Of a stretch of DNA of 64,000 nt, positions 1 to 12,142 are shown piece after piece. Both the position numbers and the translations under genes were made by a program. The DNA comes from Podarcis pityusensis. Its lineage: Eukaryota. The notes beneath the pieces are model-generated. The model worked only from the letters and a program-made list of their open reading frames with translations, did no database searches and was not told the origin of the DNA. Location of the stretch: NCBI GenBank assembly GCA_964106645.2, contig OZ067038.1; one strand, 5' to 3'. Position 1 is the first letter of the stretch. Every line of letters starts with the position of its first letter.

Positions 1-249
1 CTTAACAGAGTGTATAGGCTGGTAAAATTAACATATGCTACAAGAACAACTGTACACAGTTCCTTGCACTCACACCTCACTGAAGGGTTATGCATTCCAG
101 TTCCTGCTTAAGTCTCACAATAGGAAATAAAGAGCACTCTGTCTAATGTTGATGTATTCTTTCCCAACTCCTTTAATGTTTTCATATTTTTAAGAAAATC
201 CGAGATTTACAAACTGTCACTTGTTATATAAATAGTAAATACAATTACT

Positions 250-1650
250 TTCATCTTTGGCACAAACTCTTGAATAACATTGCCTGCCAAGAACAAATAC
301 TGCTTGTGGTCATAGATTTTCAAAATGGGAATCAAAAGGGGCACAGTGTGTTTTCGGAGACTTAGAAAAATTATGAGAATATCAATTGTCACTTACACTT
401 TGTAAAGTTTATATCCCTCATGGCTGCATAAAAAAGAATGAAAAGGTGGTTGTGCTCTCAGGGGATGCTCTTAAGGCTTCAGTGCAACCTTCTTCAGCCT
501 TTGGGGATTTAATGCAATATAATAATATGGGCTCCAAAATACATTTGCAGAGAAAGAACTGCTTCCATCAGCTGAAGCAGGAGAAGAAGGTAGAGGAGGC
601 CCATCCCAGAAGACAGGATAAAAATAAGAGAGCCACACTGCAGTAGTGAGCAATCAGAAGGAGCTGTGAGTCACAAAGAGCGAGGGAATCAATATCCGCC
701 TTAAAGGCAGTAAGCATAGAGATGTAGGGAGCCAGTTGGTTCTATTCAGAAAAGTTTGGGTGGAGTCAGTAATGAATTCCTTTGGTTCCATCCATTACAA
801 GGTTCTGGAATGGATACTACAACACATAGTGGGCATGCACAGTGACTCCTAGTTCAAAACTGCTAGACCAGGCATCCCCAAACTCGGCCCTCCAGATGTT
901 TTAGGATTACAATTCCCATTATCCCTGACCACTGGTCCTGTTAGCTAGGGATGATAGGAGTTGTAGTCCCAAAACATCTGGAGGGCTGAGTTTGGGGATG
1001 CCTGTCTTTGGGGGTACCCTTAGGACATACTAGGCTTTGCCTTTCATGCTACCTACAGAATGGACTTTGCAACCCTCCCACATATGCAGACTTTCTTTGC
1101 TAATTCTAAAAATCATTACAAATGCCATCTGGGTTGTACCAAATTGGGTTCCAGCTGTTGTTGAATCCACCTCCATAAAGGTCAAGATGATATGCATTGG
1201 TACTAACAGAGCTGCTTGGAAGTTGAAGAAGATTTTGGAAGATACACTGCAAGAGCCCTATTTCATATGCATTACTAATTGGGATCAGGGAGTTTTGTGT
1301 CCTTTCCCAAATGCTAGAAAAGATCTCCATACCTGGAGTTCGTAAGTGACCCACAGCTAAATGACTTTCAAGAACTTTATCAGGATCTCTGTGCATCCAC
1401 CTTCACCAATATACACATACAGGAAATATGGTTTCTTATCTTTCCAGCCCTTTAATTTTCTTGTTAACTCAGTTGCTACTTCTCTTTTCCAGCAAACAAG
1501 CCCTACTCACAGAAGCAGACACGGCTGTTTCTGCTGAATCAACTGAACAAATGAAACCACTACTGATGAACTATAGCCAAACAGTATTGATTTCTTCTAA
1601 AAGCACTCATTTTAGGAGGCCTGGCATAATGTAAAATATATACATTATTT
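250..1650 (+). pseudogene. Very degraded non-LTR retrotransposon relic (RTE-X-like), fragments of endonuclease and C-terminal ORF
   Basis: Scattered motif remnants in plus frames: NNIACQE (cf. DIICLQE), LCKVYIP...VVVLSGD (cf. LINVYIP...IIxGDFN), LKIITNAIWVVPNWV (cf. FLRxILxVPxxVPN). Many stops and frameshifts; boundaries very approximate. Confidence 0.3.
869..1004. mobile_element. Non-autonomous hAT (Charlie-like) MITE, palindromic
   Basis: Terminal inverted repeats CAGGCATCCCCAAACT...AGTTTGGGGATGCCTG with extended internal inverted symmetry (ccctccagatgtttt / aaaacatctggaggg). The 8-bp flanks do not match. Confidence 0.85.
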
Positions 1651-3094
1651 TGATGGGCTTTCTGGAGTGGGAAAACATATGAAATAACAGCAAGAGTTCA
1701 GATAAACAAAGAAGGTAGAAAGGTGGCATGATATAATTTACACTTCATCAGTGAGATGCTAATTGTTAGTGACTGAAATATGACAGTGCCTCATTTTTTA
1801 CTATTTTATTTTCTTGTTTTATGAAGTTTGCATTTTTAACTTCTACATGTGATACTCAGCTACATTTTATTGAAGAAGGCATTTATGATTTATATTGTGT
1901 ATGTTTTCTGCTCATGTTTTTATTATACAGGACTTACTCAGTTTTTATTATGCATATGTGTATTTGTGTGTGTGTAAAAATGTACAACACATACTGCATG
2001 TGCATAGGGAGAATAAACATTCTGTATGTAATACATAAAGCATCTCAAGTTCCTATGTATTTAGGAAGAAAATCTGTGAGCTTATATTGAACAACAGGAA
2101 AATAACACTGAGGTCACAATCCAACAGACAGTTAAAGTACGCTTTAACCCTAGTAGGTTGAATCAAATGTTAGTCATACTAACTTTAGTTGGTGTTTACC
2201 TTTAAAGCCCTACACAACTTTGGCTCTGACTAACTTGGGTACATTAATCTCAATGGGTCTACTCTGTGTAAAGCTTAGTTGGTTATAATATGTTGATTTT
2301 AATATGCTTAAGCATGTTTCAATATATACTGATACTCAATATATAGATAAGGGTAGGGAAATATCGAGTTAGAAAGGGTAATAAACCTGGAGCAGACATA
2401 CAAGCAGAGTGAAGGAATAGAGGCATTTATGTTCTGCATTACCTAACATTTAATATCTGGCCAACAAAGGCCGGCTATGGTCACTTCCCAGGGGCACGTA
2501 TGTCTTCTTTCCTCCACAGTGCAGTACACATAGTAATGAGGTTTCTTTATGGCTTAAAATATTTCTTTTGCAGCAGGATAAAGAATTATATTTACTGAGT
2601 CCTTGTGACCTCTGCTTATTGATCCAGCAGGTTGAACAAACATTCTAACATGAAAGACCCACAAATCAATGGTTTGTTTTCACAACTCTTGCAACAAACT
2701 GTGCCCTATGCTGAGATACAAAGGTAAGAGGTGGAACTTTGCATTGAGTATAGACAGGAAGTAGCTGGCATCTGTTCTGGTCAAGGGGTAAATTAATTCG
2801 AATATCAGGATCAAATTATTCACCTTCTCACCCAATCCCACTGAAAATCTTTAGTATATGATGGAATAAAGTAATCCTTAACTACTGGTACAGATTGCTA
2901 GTAATTGAGAAGCTGAGACCTCTTTAAAATGTAACTTCAGCAGAGGCCATGTGGAGTGTATCTAAACCACTGGCATCCAAACCACAACTATTAGACTGTG
3001 CCCACTGAGATGCTCCAGATGTAGAACTATGACATTGTGTGAAGGTTACTCTCTTCACAGAGAGGCACAGGTAAGTGATACCAATAGTTTAAAC

Positions 3095-3178
3095 CAGGGT
3101 TTCCCAACCTTTGGTCTTCAGCTGTTTTTGGACTACAACTCCCATCATCCCTAGCTAGCAGGACCAGTAGTTTAGGGA
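3095..3178. mobile_element. Partial hAT MITE related to 869-1004
   Basis: CAGGGTTTCCCAACCT terminus followed by ggactacaactcccatcatccctagcta..ggaccagt core shared with the 869-1004 element. Right half missing. Confidence 0.7.
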
Positions 3179-3789
3179 TTTTCCAAGTTTTGTTTTTTGT
3201 TATTGTTTTGGCAGGAGATAGCCACTCCAAGCAGCTGAAAAGCCTGGCTGCCTCTTTGACTGTCACTTGCTAATTTCAGATAGGGCCATGAAAGTCCCTT
3301 GGAGAGACAGCAGGTGATACATGCCATTCGTCCCAGGGACACTGTATGAAAATAAAGCTGGCTCCCCATTCTGTATAAGGTTCCTGGGAGGGAGGGAACA
3401 TCATCACATGCTACTGCTCTCAGGGACATTTGCAAACCTATTTGAATGCATATGTAGCAACAGCAGAACTTTCTTGCTCCATGAGTGGCTATTAGCCACA
3501 AACACCCACAAACACAGGTCCTGCCCTTGTTTGTTTGGTTTTTTTTCCTGATATTGCAAGTTTTCAAAAGAACTCTCACCATGAACCCTTTCCCCACCAA
3601 CACAAACATCTTTCTCCTGAACTTTAAGAGATTTCTTTACACCACCAGACCACCCTGAATGCAACTGTAAAAATTTGTCTGCATTCAATACTAACAGCAC
3701 CAATTGTTTCATTCACACACAACTGGAGTGACTTTCCTGGTGATGTGTGTCAAGAGAAATTTTAAAACATTCCCATTTTCCCTGGCATT

Positions 3790-3963
3790 CGATAGCTGAA
3801 ATGTACAGTTTCTGGCAACTCTGAAATCACTGGCTAAGAGACTGTTTTTAACTGTTTTTATAATGCTTTTTAAAAATAGTAAGAATAAGACTAGATGTGT
3901 TTGTTGCCCTGGGCTCTTTTGGGAGGAAGGGTGAGATATAAATTGATTGAATGAATTAATAAA
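3790..3963 (+). mobile_element. L2 LINE 3' UTR/tail remnant
   Basis: ttgttgccctgggctcttttgggaggaagggtgagatataaat followed by AATA-rich tail, the typical L2 stem-loop/tail layout. Confidence 0.45.
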
Positions 3964-4349
3964 TTGCATTATCCTTAGCTAAGGAGTGGTAAGCAATCAA
4001 TTCTCCCTATTCAGAATGTTCCAGAATAGTCCTGATAAGTCTTGATAAGAAGCAGTTGTCTAGCATTTAGTTCCCATAGAAACACATCACCAGAATATTA
4101 GCGACCATCAACACTCTTGTCAAGTCCAAGACTCTTTGCCTCAGGGCAGCCCACACTTGCAGAATTCTGACAGGAAACCCACAGATTATATATGACCCCT
4201 TATTCTCCATTCTATACTTACAAACACAGGTACCGTTTTTAAAATGTGTGGTCTATGTACAAAACAACTGAATCAATATAAACATTAATTCTTAAGTTAA
4301 TTCCTCTTCCAAGCCTTTCCACATAAGAATAATTGTTGTTTTTTATTGT

Positions 4350-5740
4350 TTTTTGCAATAAATTACATCCAATACTGCTTACAAAAGCAACAATCAATAA
4401 AGCACTTTATAAATAAGAAAGGTGAAAACATCTACAATTAGAACAAAGTAACAGTGCCAGTGATAACAGACAGTTTAAATCAGGGTGCTGTTGTTTTAAA
4501 AAAGTAGTGTATTATATATTCAATGCTTGTTTGAACAACTACATCTTCACAAGCCTTCTAAACTCAGGAAGAGAAGGAATCTGACAGGTTTTCCCAAGGT
4601 GGCCATCCCAAAGTTTTGGCACCATCACCTAAAACAGTTCTGTTTCTTGGACCCATCCAGTAGTGAAGGAACAGGAAGTACCGGTAACTTCCCTAAAGCT
4701 AAAGTAAGTTCTCCTTAAAGCTTAGGCAAGTTTATATAGGACAGAGTGGTTATTGATATACCCCAATCCTAGACCATTAAGAACCTTAAAGGTCCACTCT
4801 AGTACCTTAAACTGAGACCGAAAACAAATGGGTAGCATGTGTAGATGGTTCAAGTTTAACATCAAATACTCCAACTGTTCAGCTCCAGTCAAAGCTTTGG
4901 CAGCTGAATTCTGGACCAATTGTCTTTTCTGAGCTACAGAAAGCACCATAGCCAGTAGAAAGCATCATAGCAATCCAAATTTAACTGAGCATGAATGACT
5001 AGAAAACCAGCCTGATGTGGAGGTGCTGCCACCCGAAAAATATAAAGGGAGAGCCCTGGATCCAGGAGCAGTGTTTCAGAACAGGGTAAAAACCCACTTA
5101 CTGATCAGCTGAACCCATCTCCAACTACATCCATCTTTCATTTTCAGCTAGCTTGCCCTGATCTGCTTCTGAAGTGACAAGAGGTTATTAGCTCCCTGCC
5201 TCTTTAGGATCAGAAGATGGAAAATGGAGATAGAGCTGTAAGCCATCAGTATACTGATGAAATTCCAGACAACATCTCTGAATGTCCTCACAACAGTCCC
5301 ATGCAGATGTTAGAAACCAAAGGAGAAAGCCTGGAAACTTGTGGTATCCCACAGGCCAAAGGCCATTGGGTAGAACTACAATATCCCATCAACCAGTTTC
5401 TGGACAATAAACAGGATTGCACTTCCCCTGTTAGTGGACATTAGGGTAGCCAAGGTTGCTTCTGTTTCAAAAACTGGAGCAGAAGCAAGACTAAATTTCA
5501 TCTAAGTTATCAAGTTCACTTAGGAATGAATGAGGTGAACACCTTGTCCAAATAAGGTAGGCCTGACATGGGGAAGTAATTATTTATATCACCTGGATCC
5601 AGATTAGTTTTCTTCAGAAGGGATCTCACAGCAATCTTGTATGCTTAAAGGAGCTATACCCTTTCCCAGGGAAGCAGTGACAAGACCACCCCTGAGACCC
5701 ACAAAGACAAGCTGTCTATATGATTTTCTAGTTCCTACAA
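4350..5740 (-). mobile_element. Old, degenerate L2 LINE (RT domain to 3' end)
   Basis: Minus-strand remnants colinear with the young L2 ORF: LVTASLGKG...LLKKTNLDP, ETEATLATL, WPLACGIPQ, FHQYTDGLQLY (YADD eroded), LLLDPGLSL, QLVQNSAAKALTG...LHMLPICFRSQFKVL..TFKVLNGLG, VPKLWD...EFRRLVK..LFKQAL. Confidence 0.8.
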
Positions 5741-6217
5741 ACATTATCTGACAGACGTTTATATGCCAAGCTTTTCAGATCATTTAAATTCCTTCCTTTC
5801 TCACACACGGATGCTGTTTTATGGGATAACCTGCAGTTGAAAACTGAAAACAGACTATTGATGTGGAAAGAATGGATGGAAATAGGAATTGTTTTGCTCT
5901 CACACTTAATTAGCCAAAATCATTTTGCACTTTTCTCATGCAAGCAGTAGCCATTTGTTATTCATGGCATGGTGTAGCTTTCTTCTCCCTGAGCTTTCTG
6001 GGGAGCTTCTTCTAGTGCGCTCAATTCCCAAAAAACTTCCCCCAGAGACAAACAAGTTTGTCGATACCCTTGAACTGAAAACTAGACTCCCAGTATAAAA
6101 TATTCACAACAGGCTTTGAAATAAGGAACTAGGCACCCCATTGAACATAAATAAAAGTATCTAACTGGGTTGTATTGTCTGATCATTCAGTAGAATATCA
6201 TGACTGTTATCACAGAA

Positions 6218-6510
6218 GAACATAAGAAACTGTGATTGCAGGTTAGACTAGTGATTCATTCAGCAGCATATCCCACACTGTGGGAACCCAGGTGATGCCT
6301 GGAAATTACAAACAAAGCATTGCACATTGTTAGCTCCAACAATCACATTCATTTTGCATGTGTCTTGCCTGTATCATATATGTTTCCCCTTATGATCTGC
6401 ATGCCCTTTGCATTTATCTGTCCTTATAAAAACTGCTTACTCTGTTGACCCTAAGTTTTATTGGATGACCGCAAGTTTTTGGACTTTGAGAGATCTTTCC
6501 CAATTTATAA
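6218..6510 (-). mobile_element. CR1 LINE 3' end remnant
   Basis: gaacataagaa start (reverse of the CR1 TTCTTATG tail) and cctaagttttattggatgacc (reverse of the CR1 ORF2 C-terminal GHPMKL motif). Heavily diverged. Confidence 0.4.
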
Positions 6511-8230
6511 TCTCAGCATAAGTCACAGTACATCTACTATGACTGGCTGGCCTTACTAGCCAAACCAAAAACTTTGCCCCCCCCCCCCACTAAACCTAAT
6601 CTGGCCCTGTACAGTAGTGACGTCCAAGCATTCCTCACAGAAAAGACTTGCAGTTGCTTGGCAGTTAGGGTACCCTGACTCAAGCTGCCCCAGCTGGCCA
6701 AAGGAAGGTTGAAAGGGAGCTTCCCACTTTGGTCACTTCTTGGTCAATATACCCTTGGAACCACAGGAATGAAGTGACCCAGCAGCCCTTAGCCTTCCTC
6801 CCAGACTTTAAGCTAGGGAGTGGATGAAGGTCACTGCACAACTGCTAGGCTGAGCTCTCCAAGGCTGGGAAGAACCAGGGAATGGCAATATGCTTACCAT
6901 GGTTAAGAAGAATATGGAACACTGATGGTGCTGTACTTACTGTCTGACCAGTTATTTTTAGGCTTCTGTGATGGGCACCCACTACAGAAAAGGTAGTATA
7001 GGCAGCTGTTTTGGAATACAGAAGGAAGAGATATAGAAACCTGAGCAATGAGACAAAATGTCAGTTGATGTGGAGTGAAACATTTGTTAAAGCAGACTGT
7101 GGGTGGCATTTTTAAGTTTGGGGATGCATAAAAGACTTAAATGAATATGGAGGGAACAGGAAAAGGGTGGAAGAATGAATAAATGCAATGGGGAGACTGA
7201 CAGTGAGAAATGGCAGGACAAAAGAATTATACCATATAGGAGACAGATCTGCCTCCCTCCTAACCTTGCTTGCTCAATAGTAAATTCACAAGGGCTATTG
7301 AATAGGAACTACAGGTAAATGGACATGGCCCAATCATGTCTGAGGCAGTGGAGTGTGGGTGTGAAAGCAACTGCTGAAACTGTATTTTTTTAAAAAATAA
7401 CACCAACAGAAACAAAGGGCAGAAGGAATCACTGTAGTTCATACATTGTCAAAAGTTCTTAAATTAAACACTGTACTTGTGGTCTAAAGTTGACATATGC
7501 ATCAATTTAAAAAATGCAACTGAATAATATCCCTGGGCTCTTAATATTTTCTTGGAAATATTCAGCAGCAGCATTTCCTAAGGCTTTTATAAGTAGCTTA
7601 TGTGGCAGCTCTGGAGAAACCAACTTTTCCTCCTGGAGTCAAACATTGGCTTCTTTAGCAGCTTGGCTGAACTAGGAGCCGAAGAGATGGTTACATAAAA
7701 TAGGCTAACAGGGTTGGGCTAATTTTCAGGTTGCTCAATGTGTCTTATTTCCAGGTTAATGTGCATAGAACTGCAGCCGTCATTTCTTTGCTGTTCTCTC
7801 CTAGTATGACCTCTCATTTCTCTGCCTCTCTTTGCTAAAATAATCCATTAAAGCATAGGCTAGTGCACATCCAGGGTAATAACTGTATTATAGATATATG
7901 AAATTTGCATTTCCGAGTGATCTTGATATTTACTTCAGAATGCTGAAAGCTATATTCTTTTTTATAAAGGTTTAGAACAAATGTTTGTTAGACCAATACA
8001 GCTGACATGATGGAGTATACAGTACTTAAAACAACTATATGATGATTTTTGTTCTTTATAAATATTGTCCCTCAACATTGTCACATTTCCGATATCACTT
8101 CATTTCAACTCCATTCCCCCCATGTCCTCTCTACATATATTCAAAATAATCAATAAAAAAAGAAACAAAACACTAGAAGGGTAAGCATTCCTAATTTTCT
8201 GTAAGTAAAATGTTTGGAATACTTTGCAAG

Positions 8231-8781
8231 TGTCTGGGAGCTGACAAGGAGAACAGGTCATTCGCAGATCAGAGAAATACAGTGAAACACCAGCTAACTC
8301 ACAGGTAGTTTCTTTATTAAGGGAGCAAATCAAGTAACAAATGGTTGCTTCTGATGAAGCAGTTGTCCATACTGGCTTGGAACTCCTCCTCCACTCCCTA
8401 TCCCTCTGTCTATGGCAAGCCCCAAGGGACCCTCTCTGTTGCTTCCTGGCTCGGTAACATGCATTTAGGTGAGAGTTTTGGGATGTGGAGGTGGGGGTTT
8501 GCAAGCTGTTAGCAGAGAAGCTGTCAGGGTGGCTCTGTGGTGGATCTAACAAGTCTGATTCCTGTCTCTGCCCTGTGCTGGGGCACCTGCCTGTTTCCTC
8601 CTCTTCCTCATCCTCCAAGCTCCCAGCCTCCAGTACTTCCCAGCTCTTCCCCTCCTCTGGGGTGTGGCTGGTTTCCCACCAGCAGAAGACAGGATCTAAA
8701 TCCTCTCCCTCTGTGCTTCCCCTGGGGGGCTCTTGGTCAGGTGGCTTCCACCACCACTCCTCATCCAGCCAGTCCCTGACA
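8231..8781 (-). mobile_element. Solo LTR of a Gypsy/Ty3-type retrotransposon
   Basis: 551 bp; on minus starts TGTCAGGGA and ends TCCCAGACA (terminal inverted repeat, TG..CA); flanks gcaag (8226-8230) and tcaag (8782-8786) form a 5-bp TSD with 1 mismatch; AATAAA on minus near 8313; related 5' end at 52410-52584. Confidence 0.8.
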
Positions 8782-9049
8782 TCAAGCAATAGAAGAATAT
8801 ACTTTTTTGTAAAACTGATATCTAAAGTAAAATTCTGTTTGGTGTAATCAAACAAGTTTCTCCACAAGTTACCCCATCAAAGGAAAACCTACCATGCCTT
8901 TTTGTAAAAGAAAACATGTCAATGCCTTTGCCCTCACAAGGGGTAATGATAAACTTCTGCACAGACTTCCTTAGGTAACATTCAAGACCATCCAATCACA
9001 CCTGTGCTGAACTGGACTGGACTCCTACTGAGACTGAAAAGGTTGAAGA

Positions 9050-9195
9050 TACCTGGTCTGCTCTAAACTGCCAGTAGTTTTCCAGGGTTTTAGATAGGGG
9101 ACAGTCCCAGCCCTGCTTGGAGATGCTGGGAATTGAACTGGGACCTTCTGTACACAAGTCAGATGCTCTACCACTGAGCTACCATCCTTACCCTG
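9050..9195 (-). mobile_element. tRNA-derived SINE (Squam2-type)
   Basis: Minus strand: gtagctcagtggtagagcat (A box) ...cccagttcaattcccagcatctcca (B box) followed by gggctggga..cccct..aaaccctgga body. Confidence 0.8.
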
Positions 9196-10229
9196 GGAAG
9201 GAACACAAGCAGTCTCTAAAACCAGGGAAACATCCCAGTATCCCCAAATCAGAAATACAGAATTGTACCACAATTAAAAGCATAAACCATGTCACAGGTC
9301 TGCTGAATGCATGCACACAGGCAAGAGCAAGCAATTGCGTTGCTTGAAGAGTGTCTTGCTTTTGCTTTGTGCTTAGCCCATATAGTCACTCAGCCGGATC
9401 TTCTTTTCCCTCTGTTCTGACTGACACCATCTGCCCACCCACACTATGCCTTTCAGGGAGCAATTTTCCTAAATAAGAAACTGTCCAATTAAATCCACCC
9501 ATACAAAGAGGCACATTTTATGAACCCAGCCATGAAATCCATTTTGCTTTTCAGACCGCTATGTCAGAAACACCACATCACGTTTAATAAACTTCTCCGA
9601 GTAAGCGTGCTGATAACTAAACAATGTGACATTTCTAACAGTAAGAAGACAGAAAACCAGAAGTAATTACATTAAAAAAAAAAAATCAAGGGAGGAGGAA
9701 AACATAGAAATAGAGAGTGGTGGAGAGAGCTCATTTTAAGGGAAGCATTTTTAAAGTTCTGATCAAGCATTCCCCGGGGGGGGGGGAACCTCCAAAGACC
9801 CCAAGTGTCCTTGTGTCAAGTTTCCACTTCCCTTTCTACTAACTTCATCCTGACATTATTACAACAGCTGAACAGAGCAGGAAGGTGTCAAAGTAGAAGG
9901 GTTTTCTTTAAGACTATTCAGCCATTCTTAGATATTGTCAGATAGAAAGTTATCACTACCTTTAAAAGGGTAGGTATTTTTTTAGGTGTATCTAGGAGCA
10001 CTACTGTGATTCATTAGTTTAGATTCATGTTTATTTTTTTAATGAGAGGAACAAAAAGTGTGAGATACTTCTATCATAGGCATTGTGAGGTTGTGAGGGA
10101 GAAATAGGCAGATAGAGAGATGTGGGAGAAAGAAGGGGGGTAATCACTTACCATACTTCTCTTGCATAGTGTAGGTGCACTGTTTTTGTGTCAGCATCAC
10201 GTAGATAGGTTCTTCATCTATTTATTTTT

Positions 10230-10770
10230 TAGTTTTTGTTGGTGGTGAGAGAGATTGGAGAGCTCAGGCCATGGTTGGTTGCATTTGGTTGATTGCAGTG
10301 AGTTTTGCTGTTATGTTGAGGGGGAGGGAGTTGTTGGGTCAAATTAGCCATGTCAATTTGTATGCTGTTGGGGGCTTATATTGTTGTCTTTTGGGGCTGT
10401 GTATGTACAAGGGTGAAGGCATCCACTTTTGTTTGTCCTCGTGTTAATTGCAATTTGTTGGTTAACTTTTCTAGTACGACTGTTTCCCATATGGTTTATT
10501 AACTGAGCAGCATAAACAGTCCTCCTGGTGAATGGGAAAAAATATCTGGTATTATGGCACATATTATTAACTTCAGCAATGTATTTCATTTAACATAGTC
10601 ATTTCAGGGACTTCGGGATATTGGAAGGTGTCTGACTGAAGTAAGACCATATTTCAATCAATAGGGCTTATGTTTCCCCCATTATTTTAATAGTTGTGCA
10701 TCAAGCTCTGCCCACACGCATTTGCAATTAGAGCAACATGTTTGATAGTGCAACAGATTTTGTGCCAGCA
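10230..10770 (-). mobile_element. Degenerate L1 LINE 3' fragment
   Basis: Minus-frame remnant TIWETVVLEKLTNKLQLTRGQTKVDAFT resembles squamate L1 ORF2 C-termini; followed by an A/C-rich 3' UTR-like tract. Confidence 0.45.
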
Positions 10771-11094
10771 GGCAGACTATGGGGAGTCAATGATGGAAGG
10801 CAAGTTTTAAAAAAAACTAAAAAAACTTTTGATGCTCTGCTGCAATATTGCTATATATAAGTTTTTGAATGTTTGCATTCATTCAGATTATAGTCCTAAA
10901 TAAGTGTTGTAAAAGACTTCAGAAGACGGTCAGTTATGAAGGCTTTGGCAATTTCCCTGCATGCTCTGTAAGTTGCTAGTTTAACTGACTTGTGGCTGAA
11001 CGTCTCCAAGCTTAAGTGCCTGAACTCAGCAAACTTCCAAAGCACCTGAGCTCTTGCTGAGAATTCTAGGGTGATTAGGCAAAATGGTGATTGC

Positions 11095-11195
11095 ATTATA
11101 CTAAGTCAGTATTATACTAAGTCAGAATACTAAGCTGTTCTGTCCAGCTCAGTATTGTCTGCACTGACAAACAGCAGCTCTCCGGGGTTTGAGAA
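11095..11195 (-). mobile_element. 3' part of Squam2-type SINE
   Basis: tccagctcagtattgtctgcactgac..cagcagctctccggggttt is the reverse complement of the Squam2-type 3' body. Confidence 0.5.
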
Positions 11196-11549
11196 TAACT
11201 ATAGTTTGTGTTTAGGGAGGAAGGAGCTTAGCCGCAAGCCCTATTTTGGATGGCATGTTAAACCAAATGTTGACTTAGCTTAGCACACACAAAAAACAGC
11301 AACAACAGAGGAGCAAAGGATCTATAAATACCTCTCCAGGTTCCCTTACATTTGTTAAGCCATAATATGGCTTGCCATGTCATACAAACAAGGCTTGTGC
11401 CTCCAATGCTTTCATCCATAAACATAATTAACAGACCCACCCAATCTTCCAGACTTTTCTGCTAGACACTGTTGTAAATAAAAATATGCCCTTTTCCCTT
11501 ATGGGGTATCCAAGAGCCCATATATAGAGTCCTTACATAGGTTCCCTAT

Positions 11550-12119
11550 TGGTAGGAGAAAATAACAGAGGCCAACCAGAGAATATTGAGAAGCAAAGCA
11601 GCTAGTAAGCTTGATCTTTATTAATCTGTTGCAACAGGGTGCTCCCCTCACACGCAGGAGAGGAAGAGGCCCCCAAAAATGCTATGCAAGGGCTTATAAA
11701 GACTTTTGAAATTCCCATCCTCTAGATCAAGACCACCCCCAGAAACATTATGCATTCATCACAGAAGGGGTGTAACCTAAGACCACCCCTCAGGTAAGGC
11801 GGTCTAAAACAGAACATTTGCATGTTGTTTTCTCCTGTCGCTTTGCTTATTTCCTGTCTGGCAGGTTACTTGATTGGATTTCTTGGGGAGCCTTGGCAGT
11901 CTTTTGTAATGATAAGGCTCACACCCTTATTCAAACACAGATTAAGACAGGATTTGTGAAGGAAGAGACAATGGGGAGGCTTTTCCATTTTTACCATGCA
12001 GAGAAACATTTGCTCAGTTTAGGAATCAAAATGGTTCCAGGTTGGCTTTCCTGTGCTGATCTATGTACGTGTGGTTATGAACGTTGCCATATATCTAAAA
12101 CCATAAAATTCCTATCACA
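11550..12119 (-). mobile_element. Endogenous retrovirus-type LTR (3' LTR)
   Basis: 570 bp; minus strand begins TGTGATAGGA and ends TCCTACCA; TATA-like TTTATAAG near 11695 about 75 nt before AATAAA (11617-11622); direct repeat aagaccacccc x2 in U3; polypurine tract immediately upstream. Confidence 0.75.
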
Positions 12120-12142
12120 ACACCCCTCTTTTTTACCTTTTT
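12120..12142 (-). other. Polypurine tract abutting the ERV LTR
   Basis: Minus strand AAAAAGGTAAAAAAGAGGGGTGT directly precedes the LTR TG. Confidence 0.65.

Noticed and set aside
9120-9195. tRNA gene
   Set aside because: The tRNA-like A/B boxes continue into a SINE body found in several copies; no intact cloverleaf or terminator.
10146-10230. Minus-strand exon ending ATG|GTAAGT
   Set aside because: Good donor, but it lies at the tail of a probable L1 relic, with no acceptor or recognisable peptide.
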